Shown piece after piece: positions 52,402 to 64,000 of a DNA stretch of 64,000 nt. The notes under the pieces were generated by a model. It made no database searches and had not been told where the DNA came from. It saw only the letters and a list, made by a program, of their open reading frames with translations. Position 1 is the first letter of the stretch. Each line of letters begins with the position of its first letter. This DNA comes from Octopus bimaculoides (Eukaryota). The translations under genes and the position numbers were made by a program. The stretch covers positions 20,617,526 through 20,681,525 of the forward strand of contig NC_068984.1 in NCBI RefSeq assembly GCF_001194135.2, read 5' to 3'.

Positions 52402-54800
52402 AGCTATCGTTATCCTGTTGTGAATCGCCATCAGCACCAACACCATCATTGTCAATATAACCACTGCATACTATACGTAGGCGTGCTTGGAAACCATTAA
52501 ACTCACTCGATCTCTCTCCTGTTCACTCTGACCACCCACGCACATTAACATAGAGCCACTCCATATCTGCATTGCTGCTGCTGCTGTTATTATTGCTACT
52601 ACAACTAGAAGAGCAGCAAGCGGGGTTTTTTTATTTTTATTCTTTAATGGCTAGATATATATTATATATACGTTAGCTGGATCGCATTTCAGATTTGACG
52701 ACAATGGGGGTTTGTTGCCCTCATCTGCAGTCCGGGAAGGGTCAAGTGTCGCAATGCTTATAGCAGACGGATAAAGCAAGTCGGATGTAAGAGGTAGTCT
52801 CGGTGAACATACCAAAGTGATATACTATCTATGCGACCTTCTTGATTGTGTGGTGTGACATGACAGGGCATGCGTGTATGTATGTATACACACACACACA
52901 CACACACATATGTATATGTATGTATATGTTTACATATACGCGCGTACACGGAGACATACAGACACTGACAGAGTGTGTTGTCATATGATAATGACATGGT
53001 GTGATATGCTATAGTGTGGAGAGTTATGGTGTGATGTGGTATTGTGTACTATGTATGATGTATGTAGTCTTGTGTAATCTGGAATGATGTAATGTAGACA
53101 TGGTATGGTTTAGTGTGTGAGATGGTGGTGACGGTATAGTGATGTTTAGCCCTAGGTCAGCCACGATCGAGCAAACTAATGATTATTGACGTTACAGCTG
53201 TGATCATCTTTCTTTGTATATCAAGACTACATTGACCAGTAGCATACATTTCTTCATATAAGATGTTAGGGTGCGATTTGAAGATTTGGTCGTTTTTTCT
53301 GGACAGCCGAATAACCCATGTACAGGCTCTTTGCTAGTTCAATATTGGTAGTTTGTTGTATAGTCCCAGGTTAGCCACGATTAAGCAGACCTATTATCAA
53401 AGGCGTTTCTACTATGGTCATTCGTTTTCATTTTGTATTTGTAGGACTACGTTGACCAACATGTCCTTCATTTTTAAAACTGCAATTTGAGATCTAACTG
53501 CTGTTTCCAGCAGAGACCCTGTCATTTACACTATGCGAAAGGTTTTTCTTAAGTGCTAAACATAGTGTAGTATAGTTCAATTCAGTATGGTCTAGGGTAG
53601 CAGTTCTAACATTTTCCCATCACGACTCAACTTAACACATAACCAGCCACAACCACCTTCAATAAATAAATCTCCCCTAAAAGTTAATGAAATTGATAGT
53701 TGATACTTTCTTGGAAAATTATTCTTCGGTGTTTTAGAGTAAAAAATTGTAATGCTTATAGTCTACAGGTTTATAATATTCACGAACATCTTTCATGTTT
53801 ATCAAAAATGTATTTCACTACTAAAAAATATTAGGCTTCACGGCCCTTTCAGAATTATACTATACAATCCACACATAAATTCGGAGCTACTGCAGTAGAG
53901 TGTTGTGTAATGTGTTCTTGTACTCTAGTGATCAGGAGCAAAAAAGCCTGAAATCTGAGAGGGCAGAGGGACTTAACTGATACCATCGAACCTCAATACC
54001 CACTGGTATTTTTATTTAACAACTTCGAAAAGATGAAAGGTAGTTGACCTCAATGGGCTTTCAACTCGGAATGTAAAAAAGTCAGAACGAAAACTGCAAA
54101 ACATTTTTCTGACGCTCTAACAGTTCTGTCAGAAAACCTGCCTTATAGAGTAATATAATGAAAGGTGGCGAAACAGCGAAGTCCTTAGAACTTAGAATTC
54201 ATTTCGGCGATTTGGGTTCAAATCTCTCCTAGATTAACTTTGACTTGAATTTTTGGGGTCTTTTTCAAATAGTGGAGCTGATTTTTCTCTAGATTGTACC
54301 TGAAATTTGTAGGTCTCAGTTTGTCACCATTGTGCCACGCTGATTCAGACTGAGAATTGCGTTAAGATTAAACGTGTCTGTGGAATACTCAGCCACTTTC
54401 ACGTAGGTGGAACAACTGAATGCTCACCATCAAGACGAATGAATCCGCCACCACTGCGATATGTGTGAAGTGTTCGGCATTGTAATGAGATGTACTCTAA
54501 ATATAACTTAACAGTGTAAACAGTGTTTATAGTGTATTGTATTATGATGAAGTGTACTTCCAGTGTATTTGTATAACATTAATTGCATCCAACCCAACTG
54601 AAAATGCCGCTTATCTTTTTTTATTGTCATTTCTTCACTACCAGAAGCGCAGTGTTTGAAAGAAACGTTGATTCAAAAACCCACATCACAGTAAAATGAA
54701 CCTTAAATTGAGTTTGAAAAGGACTCTGTATGTATGTTGTAAGTATAGCAAAGAAATTCTCGCAGATATACCAGAAGTGACCCCACCGAAATTACTGGCC
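49450..54800. promoter_or_regulatory. CpG-retaining domain; candidate unmethylated promoter/first-exon region of SPRED
   Basis: 8 CG dinucleotides in 51481-51600 versus none seen in 35101-36000. Old repeats inside the domain keep their CpGs. It lies upstream of the SPRED exon on the minus strand. No TSS was identified. Confidence 0.5.
50805..50869. other. GC-rich inverted repeat/hairpin (21-bp stem, 23-nt loop)
   Basis: GATTCGTGACAGCCGGCCGGA (50805-50825) pairs with TCCGGCCGACTGTCACGAATC (50849-50869) at 20/21 positions. The single mismatch is a G-U wobble on the minus strand. Confidence 0.9.
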
Positions 54801-55491
54801 TTGTGCCAAAATTTGAAAACAATATTAAATTAAATATTGATATTAAACAGAAATATTCATTAAACAGAAAAAACAAAAATATATTTTGATGATATATTTA
54901 AATTTTGAAAGCTGTTTTTGTTGGAAGCTTACTTCTATTAATTATGTCTATAACAAATGGAAGAGAGGATAACATTCAGTTAAGATATGATGGGGTTAGC
55001 AGTGATAATGTTCCACAAAATAATGTTCCATAAAATATATGATCTATGACAAGGACTATTTAATCTCTTTGTCCTTTCTGGTATAGAAGAAACATTAGTA
55101 TTTAGGATTTGTTCAGGACTATTACAAACTGATATTGATGCAACTAGCTACCAGTTTGAACATCTTGTTAATATTTCTAAGAAAATCATAGACTAAATAG
55201 GAATTAAGGATCACGTGTGAATGACTAGCAACAGAGTAAACTTTGGTAAAGGAACTCCAAAATCAAGAGGATGAGTGTTAAAATTGGCAGTGTGTTGGAT
55301 CTATTAAATAAACATATTATAATGCCAATTTTGTCCTTAGAAATATATTTCTGCTCCAGATTTTGGGTTTTTGAGTTGGTGGATTTATTACACCAAGTAT
55401 TTTCAAGTTAAAAAAAAAAATTCTTTTAAAACTAAGTTAACCACTATATATACAGTAATACTACTACTACCCCACTTGTTATGAGGGGTAG

Positions 55492-56307
55492 TTTACTCTT
55501 TTACTTGTTTCAGTCATTTGATTGTGGCCATGCTGGAGCACCACCTTTAGTCGAGCAAATTGACCCCTTCCCCCGGGACTTATACTTTGTAAGCCTAGTA
55601 CTTATTCTATTGGTCTCTTTTGCCAAACCGCTAAGTTACGGGGATGTAAACACCAGCATTGGTTGTGAAGCAAAGTNNNNNNNNNNNNNNNNNNNNNNNN
55701 NNNNNNNNNNNNNNNNNNNNNNNNNNNNNNNNNNNNNNNNNNNNNNNNNNNNNNNNNNNNNNNNNNNNNNNNNNNNNNNNNNNNNNNNNNNNNNNNNNNN
55801 NNNNNNNNNNNNNNNNNNNNNNNNNNNNNNNNNNNNNNNNNNNNNNNNNNNNNNNNNNNNNNNNNNNNNNNNNNNNNNNNNNNNNNNNNNNNNNNNNNNN
55901 NNNNNNNNNNNNNNNNNNNNNNNNNNNNNNNNNNNNNNNNNNNNNNNNNNNNNNNNNNNNNNNNNNNNNNNNNNNNNNGGGACTTATACTTTGTAAGCCT
56001 AGTACTTATTCTATTGGTCTCTTTTGCCAAACCGCTAAGTTACGGGGACGTAAACACACCAGCATCGGTTGTCAAGCGATGGAGGGGGGACAAACACAGA
56101 CACACAAACACACATACATATATATATGTATATACATATATACGACGGGCTTCTTTCAGTTTCCGCCTACCAAATCCACTCACAAGGCATTGGTCGGCCC
56201 GAGGCTATAGTAGAAGACACTTGCCCAAGGTACCACGTAGTGGGACTGAACCCAGAACCATGTGGTTGGTAAGCAAGCTACTTACCACACAGCCACTCCT
56301 GCGCCTA
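55492..56307 (-). mobile_element. SINE family 1 (3' body repeated on both sides of an N gap)
   Basis: GGGACTTATACTTTGTAAGCC occurs before and after the gap at about 55677-55978; the head ends CCTGCGCCT. Confidence 0.85.
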
Positions 56308-57191
56308 TAGATCACTTAGAACACTTTAGAACAAGAAATCTGTATTACAGAACCAAGACAGTTTCAGGAGGGTTGATATAGAAAAAGAGGTTAATGACAC
56401 AAGGATGGCTGCCAAATGCTGGAGAACTTGACACATTCAAAGATTTTATATCTAGTTGGAGAAGTTCACAAAAAGAAAGAATCCCCAACTACTCACAGTT
56501 CTGTAAAGTTTCAGACTTGTCAGTTCCTATAAGAAACATGATAATTGCCCAACAGTGACCATTAAAATGATGATGATGATGATATGGGTAAGAAATGATG
56601 ATGATAGTGATGGTGGTGGTGACAGGGTGATGATGGCAATGTTGATGATGATGATAAGGCATTTCTCTCTCTCTACTCATGCTGAGGTGTCTGTCTACTC
56701 TCCTCATACTGCCTCCACCAATAAACTAACTGATTACAGCTGACATCTAGGAAGAAGAGTGGGGGGGGGGAATGACAGTCAAAAACAGATAAATAAATAC
56801 AATAAAAACTATGAATGAATGAATGTACATATGAATGAATAATGACCTAAAGTGTCCTGAATTTAGAACACATTCCTCCACTCTACACACTCAATTCTTT
56901 ATTAGCCTCTCCTTTTAAGTAGCACTAAGTACTTATAAGTAAATCTATGAAGGTGGTGATGGTGTTAGTGGAAATAGTTCAGATGGCGGTGATAGTAGTG
57001 GACAGTCCTAATGGCATAGTATATATACAAATATGCATACACACACATATATATACATACACACACACACACATATACATATGTATAACAAAAATATGGA
57101 AAGCACACACATACATATGTGTCTCTGTGGGTGTATATATTNNNNNNNNNNAAAGCACACACATACATATGTGTCTCTGTGGGTGTATATA

Positions 57192-57571
57192 TTCTTTTAT
57201 TCTTTTACTTGTTTCAGTCATTTGACTGCGGCCATGCTGGAACACTACCTTTAGTCGAGCAAATTGATCCCAGGACTTATTTTTTGTAAGCCTAGTACTT
57301 ATTCTATTGGTCACTTTTGCCGAGCTGCTAGGTGACGGGGACGAAAACACACCAGCATCGGTTGTCAAGCGATGTTGGGGGGACAAACACAGACACACAA
57401 ACATATATATACGACGGGCTTCTTTCAGTTTCCGTCTACAAAATCCACTAACAAGGCTTTGGTTGGCCCAAGGCTATAGTAGAAGACACTTGCCCAAGGT
57501 GTTACAGTGGGACTGAACCTGGAACTATGTGGTTGGTAAGCAAGCTACTTACCACAGCCACTCTGGCGCCT
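57192..57571 (-). mobile_element. SINE family 1, full length
   Basis: Complete match to the family consensus seen elsewhere in the window. Confidence 0.9.
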
Positions 57572-57580
57572 ATATATATA

Positions 57581-57968
57581 TTCTTTTATTTGTTTGTCAT
57601 TTGATTGTAGCCATGCTGGAGCACTGCCTTTAGTCGAGCAAATTGACCCCAGGACTTATTCTTTGTAATCCCAGTACTTATTCTATCGGTATCTTTTGCC
57701 TGCCAAACTGCTAAGTTACAGGGACGTAAACACACCAGCATCAGTTGTCAAGCGATGTTGGGGGGACAAACACAAACCTATATATATATATATATATGTA
57801 TATATATGACGGACTTCTTTCAGGTTCCGTCTACCAACTCCACTCACAAGGGTTTGGTTGGCCTGAGGTTATAGTAAAAAACACTTGCCCAAGGTGCCAA
57901 GCAGTGGGACTGAACCCTGAACTATGTGCTTGGTAAGTAAGCTACTGACCACAGCCATTCCTGCACCT
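57581..57968 (-). mobile_element. SINE family 1, full length, directly adjacent to the previous copy
   Basis: More diverged complete copy separated from the previous one only by (TA)n. Confidence 0.85.
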
Positions 57969-58335
57969 ATATCTGCATTTCTCATCAAAAGCATTCAAAA
58001 CAATGTACTATTGAAGAAAACTTGATCTGAGGTAAGACCATGCATATTGTCTTTATATAAGGTTACCAGATGTTGACTCTTTCAGTCTATTCTTTAATTC
58101 CATAGACTTGCACCAAAGCTCTAAATTGTTTATAATCTTATGAATATTTTGTTGAGAACCCTTGACTAGAAATACAGGAAAGACACCAAGCCATAGAAAA
58201 TCCGTTTCAATGAATTTTGTCTGACCCAAATATGTGGAAAACTGGATGTTAAAGCAATGACACACACACGGTTCTACCCATGCCAGCAAGGAAAATGAAC
58301 ACAAATATAATTATGGCAATATCCCTCTCTCTTGC

Positions 58336-58377
<42 letters not shown>

Positions 58378-59831
58378 TATCTATACGTGTGTGTGTGTGT
58401 GTGTGTGTGTGTGCACACATACATAGACACCAATTCTTTTACTAGTTTCTGTTGTTAGACTGTGGTTAAGCTAGGACAACACATTCAAGGGTATAGTGGA
58501 TTATCTTGACACCAGCAATTATAGACTGGTACATCATATACATACATGCATACATACATACATACACACATGCACATAAACACATATATTATATTCCATT
58601 CTATATAGTTTTGTTCTCTCTTTTCATTGTTTATTTATTATCCCTGAATTGCAACAGTGTGTGTAGTATAAGGTGCATTTTGGGTCACACAATGAATGTC
58701 AGCCCAAGAGATTACAAAGTAGTTCAGCTTGAGTGTTTAGAATGTTAGTTGACAAAGAGGGGGAGTGAGAAGTGGGAGGAAGAGATATGTGAGAGATATG
58801 TGATGGAGAGAGAGAGAGAGAGGGGGAGAGGGGAGAGGAAACTGTAAGAGAAGTAGGAGAATGATGACAATAAAAACAAAACAAACTCTGTAATTCACAC
58901 AAACACACATTGAAAGGTTTTCCTACAGGCATTCATAGATAGAGAGGTTAAACAGACAGCAGACACACACACACATACAAAGTAACTGACAGAGATATAC
59001 TGTCACATCACACAATCTTATACATAAAGATGTACAAACACTAAATGTTTATGTTTATATTTAAACATACATTTGTGTGTGTATGTGTAGACACACATAC
59101 GCACACACATATTTTCACAAATAGAATACACGTGCACAAACATGTGCATACAGAGTGACATTCATATGCACACATCTTCAGAAACACACACACACAAACA
59201 GCACAAGCCAATGACAGATCTTCTGCATAGTGGTTCAATCTGCTAGAAATAGTAGCTAAAGTCTCCTCCAAATACTTCACACAGCTTTAAAGAACAGACT
59301 TATTGGACAATATCCTAGCCACATAAAAATACAGGATGGTCAAATTTTCATTGTCTTTGATCATAGACCTACTAGATCATGACTGAGCTTTGACCAAACA
59401 ATATTAACATACATATATATACATACATTGGTATCTCCTAAGCACGCACACACACACACACACACACACGAAGAAATATAACTGAATGTGACAAATATAT
59501 ATCTGTTTCTCTCCTTTGAGAGTTTGTCAAGCATTAAATGAAGGTTATAAATTGTAAAGGCATATCAAGAACAACTAAGAAAGAAAAGAAAGAAAAAAAA
59601 ATAACAAAAGTAGTTGTTGAATCAGGAAAATAGGAAGAGTTACTTGTTTGTAAACTATGGTTCTATGTTATTTTTAGATGTAGGCACATAAAATGTGAAG
59701 GTATTTTTTTCTTTTTAAGTGAATCATAGGCTCAGTTTTTACTGATAGCTGTGAGTTTGCTTCAGCTGGCTAATTATGGAATTTCTATCTCCACCACCCC
59801 CAAGAAGTAGGATTTTGGACTTAAATCTTTC

Positions 59832-60516
59832 CTTTTATCCTTCACTCGTTTCATTCATTGGAGTGCAGCCTGCTGGGGCACTGCCATGAAGGCTTTAGTC
59901 AAACAAATCAACCCTAGTACTTATCTTTTGTTTTTGAAGTCTGGTACGTTTTCTATTGGCCTCGTTTTGTTGAATCACTAAGTTGCAGAGATGTAAAGAA
60001 ATGAAAACCAGTTGTCAAGTGGTGGTGGGAATAAGGAGGGCAAACATAAATCCAAAGATACACGCACACAAACACACATAAATATAAATATATATATATA
60101 TANNNNNNNNNNNNNNNNNNNNNNNNNNNNNNNNNNNNNNNNNNNNNNNNNNNNNNNNNNNNNNNNNNNNNNNNNNNNNNNNNNNNNNNNNNNNNNNNNN
60201 NNNNNNNNNNNNNNNNNNNNNNNNNNNNNNNNNNNNNNNNNNNNNNNNNNNNNNNNNNNNNNNNNNNNNNNNNNNNNNNNNNNNNNNNNNNNNNNNNNNN
60301 NNNNNNNNNNNTAGATAGATAGATAGATAGATAGATATAGATATATACACACACATACATGCAATGGGCTTCTGCACAGTTTTCATCTACCAAACTCATT
60401 CATAAGGCATTGGCTGTCTGGGGCTATAATAGAAGTCACATGCTCAAGGTGCTGAGCAATGGGACTGAATCCAAAACCATGTGGTCACAAAGTGAGCTTC
60501 TTATCCACACAGCCAT
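59832..60516 (-). mobile_element. Old diverged SINE family 1 copy with internal gap
   Basis: Degenerate 3' body at 59832-60050 and head at 60360-60516. Confidence 0.65.
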
Positions 60517-61548
60517 GTTTCAAAAATTCAAAACAATTAAAAAAAAATTATTAATAACTATTTAAAAATGAGGTTTTAATAATTATTTAAAACTTTAAAA
60601 AATTTATTGAAAGAGGATTTAAATCTTCTGCAAGAATTTAATGGAACAAACAATATGTTGTGGCACACTTTCTATATGTACATGTGTTCATACATATACA
60701 TTCATATATTGTGCACATATGAATTTTAAATTGTATATACACAACCAAATATATGCTAACTCAGTCATGCAAACAGTGACTGTAAGGCATATATTTATAT
60801 ATACATAAGGAAAAACATTATTAATAATTATTTAAAAACGAGGTTTTAATAATTATTTAAGACTTAAAAAGTTTTATTAAGAGGATCTAAAGCTTCTGCA
60901 GGAATTTAGTGGTTGGTGTTAGGAGGGCATCCAGCTGTAAAAATCATGCCAAAGCAGACACAGAAGCATAGGGTAGGTTTTCTACCTGGCCAGTTCCTGT
61001 GAACTGTCCTACCCATGCATTCATGGAAGATAGATGTTAAACTATGATGATGATGATGATGAAAAAGGTAAATCTTTATACATTTGGGTTTGTACACCAA
61101 GAACTCTTAGTGTATGAATTTTAAAAGGTATGGGCTTATGGGTGCTGGTGTCACATAAAAAGTACCCATACCAGTGCCAGTGCTACATGAAAGTGCCTAT
61201 GCTGGTACCATGTAAAAAGAATCCAGTACACTCTGTAAAGTAGTTGGCATGAGGAACAGTATCCAGATGTAGAAGCCATGTCAAAACAGACAATTAGAGC
61301 CTGGGCAGCTCTCAAGTTGACTAGCTCCTGTCAAACAGTCCAGCCCATGTCAGCATGGAAAAATAGCGGATGTTAAATGATGATGATGATGACGATGAGG
61401 ATCATGATGATGGGATGCAGGTATAATTTTAGATTCTAGTTTAGGTGATGGTGTTATTTAGAGAGGGGGGAGAGAGAAAGAGAGAGGGGAAAAGAGAGAG
61501 ATAGGTTTCGGCAAATGGATTGAGCGAGTTATATTGTTAGTTTATCTT

Positions 61549-61967
61549 AGGTGTAAGAGTGGCTGTGTGGTAAGTAGCTTGCTTATGAACCACATGGTTC
61601 TGGGTTCAGTCCCATTGCGTGGCACCTTGGGCAAGTGTCTTCTACTATAGCCTCGAGCCGACCAAAGTCTTGTGAGTGGATTTGGTAGACAGAAACTGAA
61701 AGAAGCTTGTCGTATATATGTCTATGTATGTGTGTGTATATATTTGTGTGTGTATATGTTTGTGTGTCTGTGTTTGTCCCCCCCCAATATCGCTTGACAA
61801 TCAATGCTGGTGTGTTTATGTCCCTGTAATTTAGCAGTTCGGCAAAAGAGACCGATAGAATAAGTACTAGGCTTACAAAGAATAAGTCCTGGGGATCGAT
61901 TTGCTTGACTAAAGGCAGTGCTCCAGCATGGCCACAGTCAAATGACTGAAACAAGTAAAAGAGTAAA
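61549..61967 (+). mobile_element. SINE family 1, full length
   Basis: AGGTGTAAGAGTGGCTGTGTGGTAAG ... GACTGAAACAAGTAAAAGAGTAAA. Confidence 0.9.
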
Positions 61968-62414
61968 GTGTTATGTCCTTTCACTAAGAGGTTCATTCAG
62001 AGTGTCTGTTTAAAAGTTTGTGTGTGAATAAGTATTTTATAAGTTTCAACTGTGCACAAGTAGCATGCTTTTGTTTTCTTCCCATTTATGTTGTACACGG
62101 TGCATCAGGTAACTGTAAAAACAAAACCAAGAAAAACATAGGCACCAAATAGATAAACCAAGCATATTCCATGAAACGAAAAAACAATCTAAAATGGCAC
62201 ACAGGTTCAACTAGATTCACCAAAGAATCAGGCCATTCAACAAAAATGTCTTCAGCTCTAATGTGACCACAGAAGTGATGCCATACTAAGATCAGGTGAG
62301 CCCATTCCCATGCTACTCATAACAACAAAACCCAATAAGAACTTGGCACAATGGGGGTTACTGGCTGGTCTTCTTTTGTAATGATACTGTAGATGCAGTA
62401 GTGTAGAGGAGGAG

Positions 62415-62530
62415 GGGTTCATATCAAGAGAGTTAGGAGGCCACATGATCACATGTTTCTCTCAGTTCTTGCTGGGCATGAACTGTTCTCCTTTTCATGT
62501 AGGATATGCATTGGATATTCCAGACAAACA
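62415..62530 (-). mobile_element. Possible highly degenerate Tc1/mariner fragment
   Basis: WPPNSLDMNP (cf. WPPNSPDLNP), preceded in a shifted frame by FVW...RRT...CDH. Confidence 0.45.
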
Positions 62531-64000
62531 CACACACACATACACACTTGTATGAAAGTAAAATTACTTAAGCAGGTACATTCTTGTGAAGGAGAATTTC
62601 TCAATTTCCCCACATTCCCAACCTAGTTTTGTTGTTTTTTTAAGCATTTGATTTATTTGTGTATCAAAATACACAGAATTTCCTTATAAATTGTCGTCAT
62701 CATCATCATCATCACTGCTTTAATGTCCACTTTTTCATGCTTGTACGGGCCAAATGGAAAATACTGAGGTAGATTTTCTATAGTTGGATGCCCTTTCTGT
62801 TATCAATCCTTGTCAGTTTCCAGGTTAGTTAATATTTCCTCATAAGCGAGCATGTTTTCACAGAAGATTGGAAACAAAAGGACCCCACTTGTATGAACGT
62901 GATGTTTGTTTACAACTGCACAATGACAATTGACACCTCCATGTGTAGATACATATGACAGGCTTTTCTCAGTTTTTGTCTACCAAATCCATGCATAAGG
63001 CTTTGGCTGGCTCATGGCTATATAGTAAAAGACATTTTGCTCAAGGTGCTGTGCAGTAAGACTCATGCCCACAAGTTGTTTGCACCAATCACCACCACCA
63101 CCACCACCAACCATTTCATTTCATTTTTATATTGCTGTGATCAACATGTTTTCTCATTCTTAAATATATGCATGTAGGAAAGTTGCACTTTTTCTTTGCA
63201 ATTTGTCCTCATAAATATCTCTTTATCTGTCACCCTTGTGGCAAATAAAGATTATAATAATTATTATTACAACTTATGATGATGATGATCATCATCATAA
63301 TCATCATCATTATTAATATTATATTCTTATCATCATCAGCTTGACCTAACTTTGACATGTCTGCTGTATTTCCTGTAGGGTAGAGATAACTGGTTTTTTT
63401 TTTTTACTGTGCCTGTGTGTTGTGTGTTGTGTGTTGTGTGTTGTGTGTGTGTGTATGTGTTCTTAGAGATTGGAAGTGAAATGGGAGTGGGTGGCAGAAA
63501 TTTATATAACTACACTACACTTCACATACACAAACTATACTTAACACACACATACACGCACAGCTGCTTGTCAGGCTAACCATTATATTCTCCACACACA
63601 CCCTCTACTATCAAATAATAAACTAAAAAAACATTCCAAAGCCAGTCAAATAAGGAGGAGGAGGAACAGGCTGAGGGGAAATGGTAGCAGGAGATGATGT
63701 GAAAGAGAGGAATGATGCACTGAGGCCTGTGACAGAGCCCACAAATTTAAGGAGACAATAGATGAACTGATGTTTTCAATCTCTCTCTCTGTGTCTGTCT
63801 GTGTATGTATATGTGTGTGTATCTGCCTGGTGTGGTTTAATGCATATATTACTAGGTGCTTATCTGGTTCTCTGTGTTGCTGTATGCAAATCCACACACA
63901 CACACACACTATGCACATATGTATATGCATGTGTACATCATATATACATATATATTTATATATATATTTATATATATATTTATATATATATATATATATA

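Noticed and set aside
52480-52860. Possible SPRED first coding exon (donor GATCGA|GTGAGT on the minus strand)
   Set aside because: The phase-2 frame has a stop and no ATG, so it cannot supply the N-terminus; it may be UTR only.

Overview
AT-rich, repeat-dense eukaryotic genomic DNA, most likely from an octopus. This is inferred from the SINE/RTE repeat families, (TA)n/(GT)n/(ATG)n microsatellites and many N gaps; it is not prokaryotic. Only one protein-coding exon is well supported: a 205-nt minus-strand internal exon (34892-35096) encoding the N-terminal half of the EVH1 domain of a SPRED (Sprouty-related EVH1) protein. The rest of the window appears to be long SPRED introns and upstream DNA. 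These contain at least four SINE-like families, RTE-LINE 3' fragments, hAT-type MITEs with 8-bp TSDs, Tc1/mariner relics and simple repeats. A CpG-retaining domain at about 49.5-54.8 kb is the best promoter candidate and holds a GC-rich 21-bp-stem hairpin. Almost all listed ORFs are microsatellite or N-gap artefacts. I found no CRISPR, operon or clearly new multi-gene system. The best leads are the hairpin, the CpG domain, a 69-bp perfect inverted repeat in the SPRED intron and the nested transposon insertions. All alignments and counts were made by eye.
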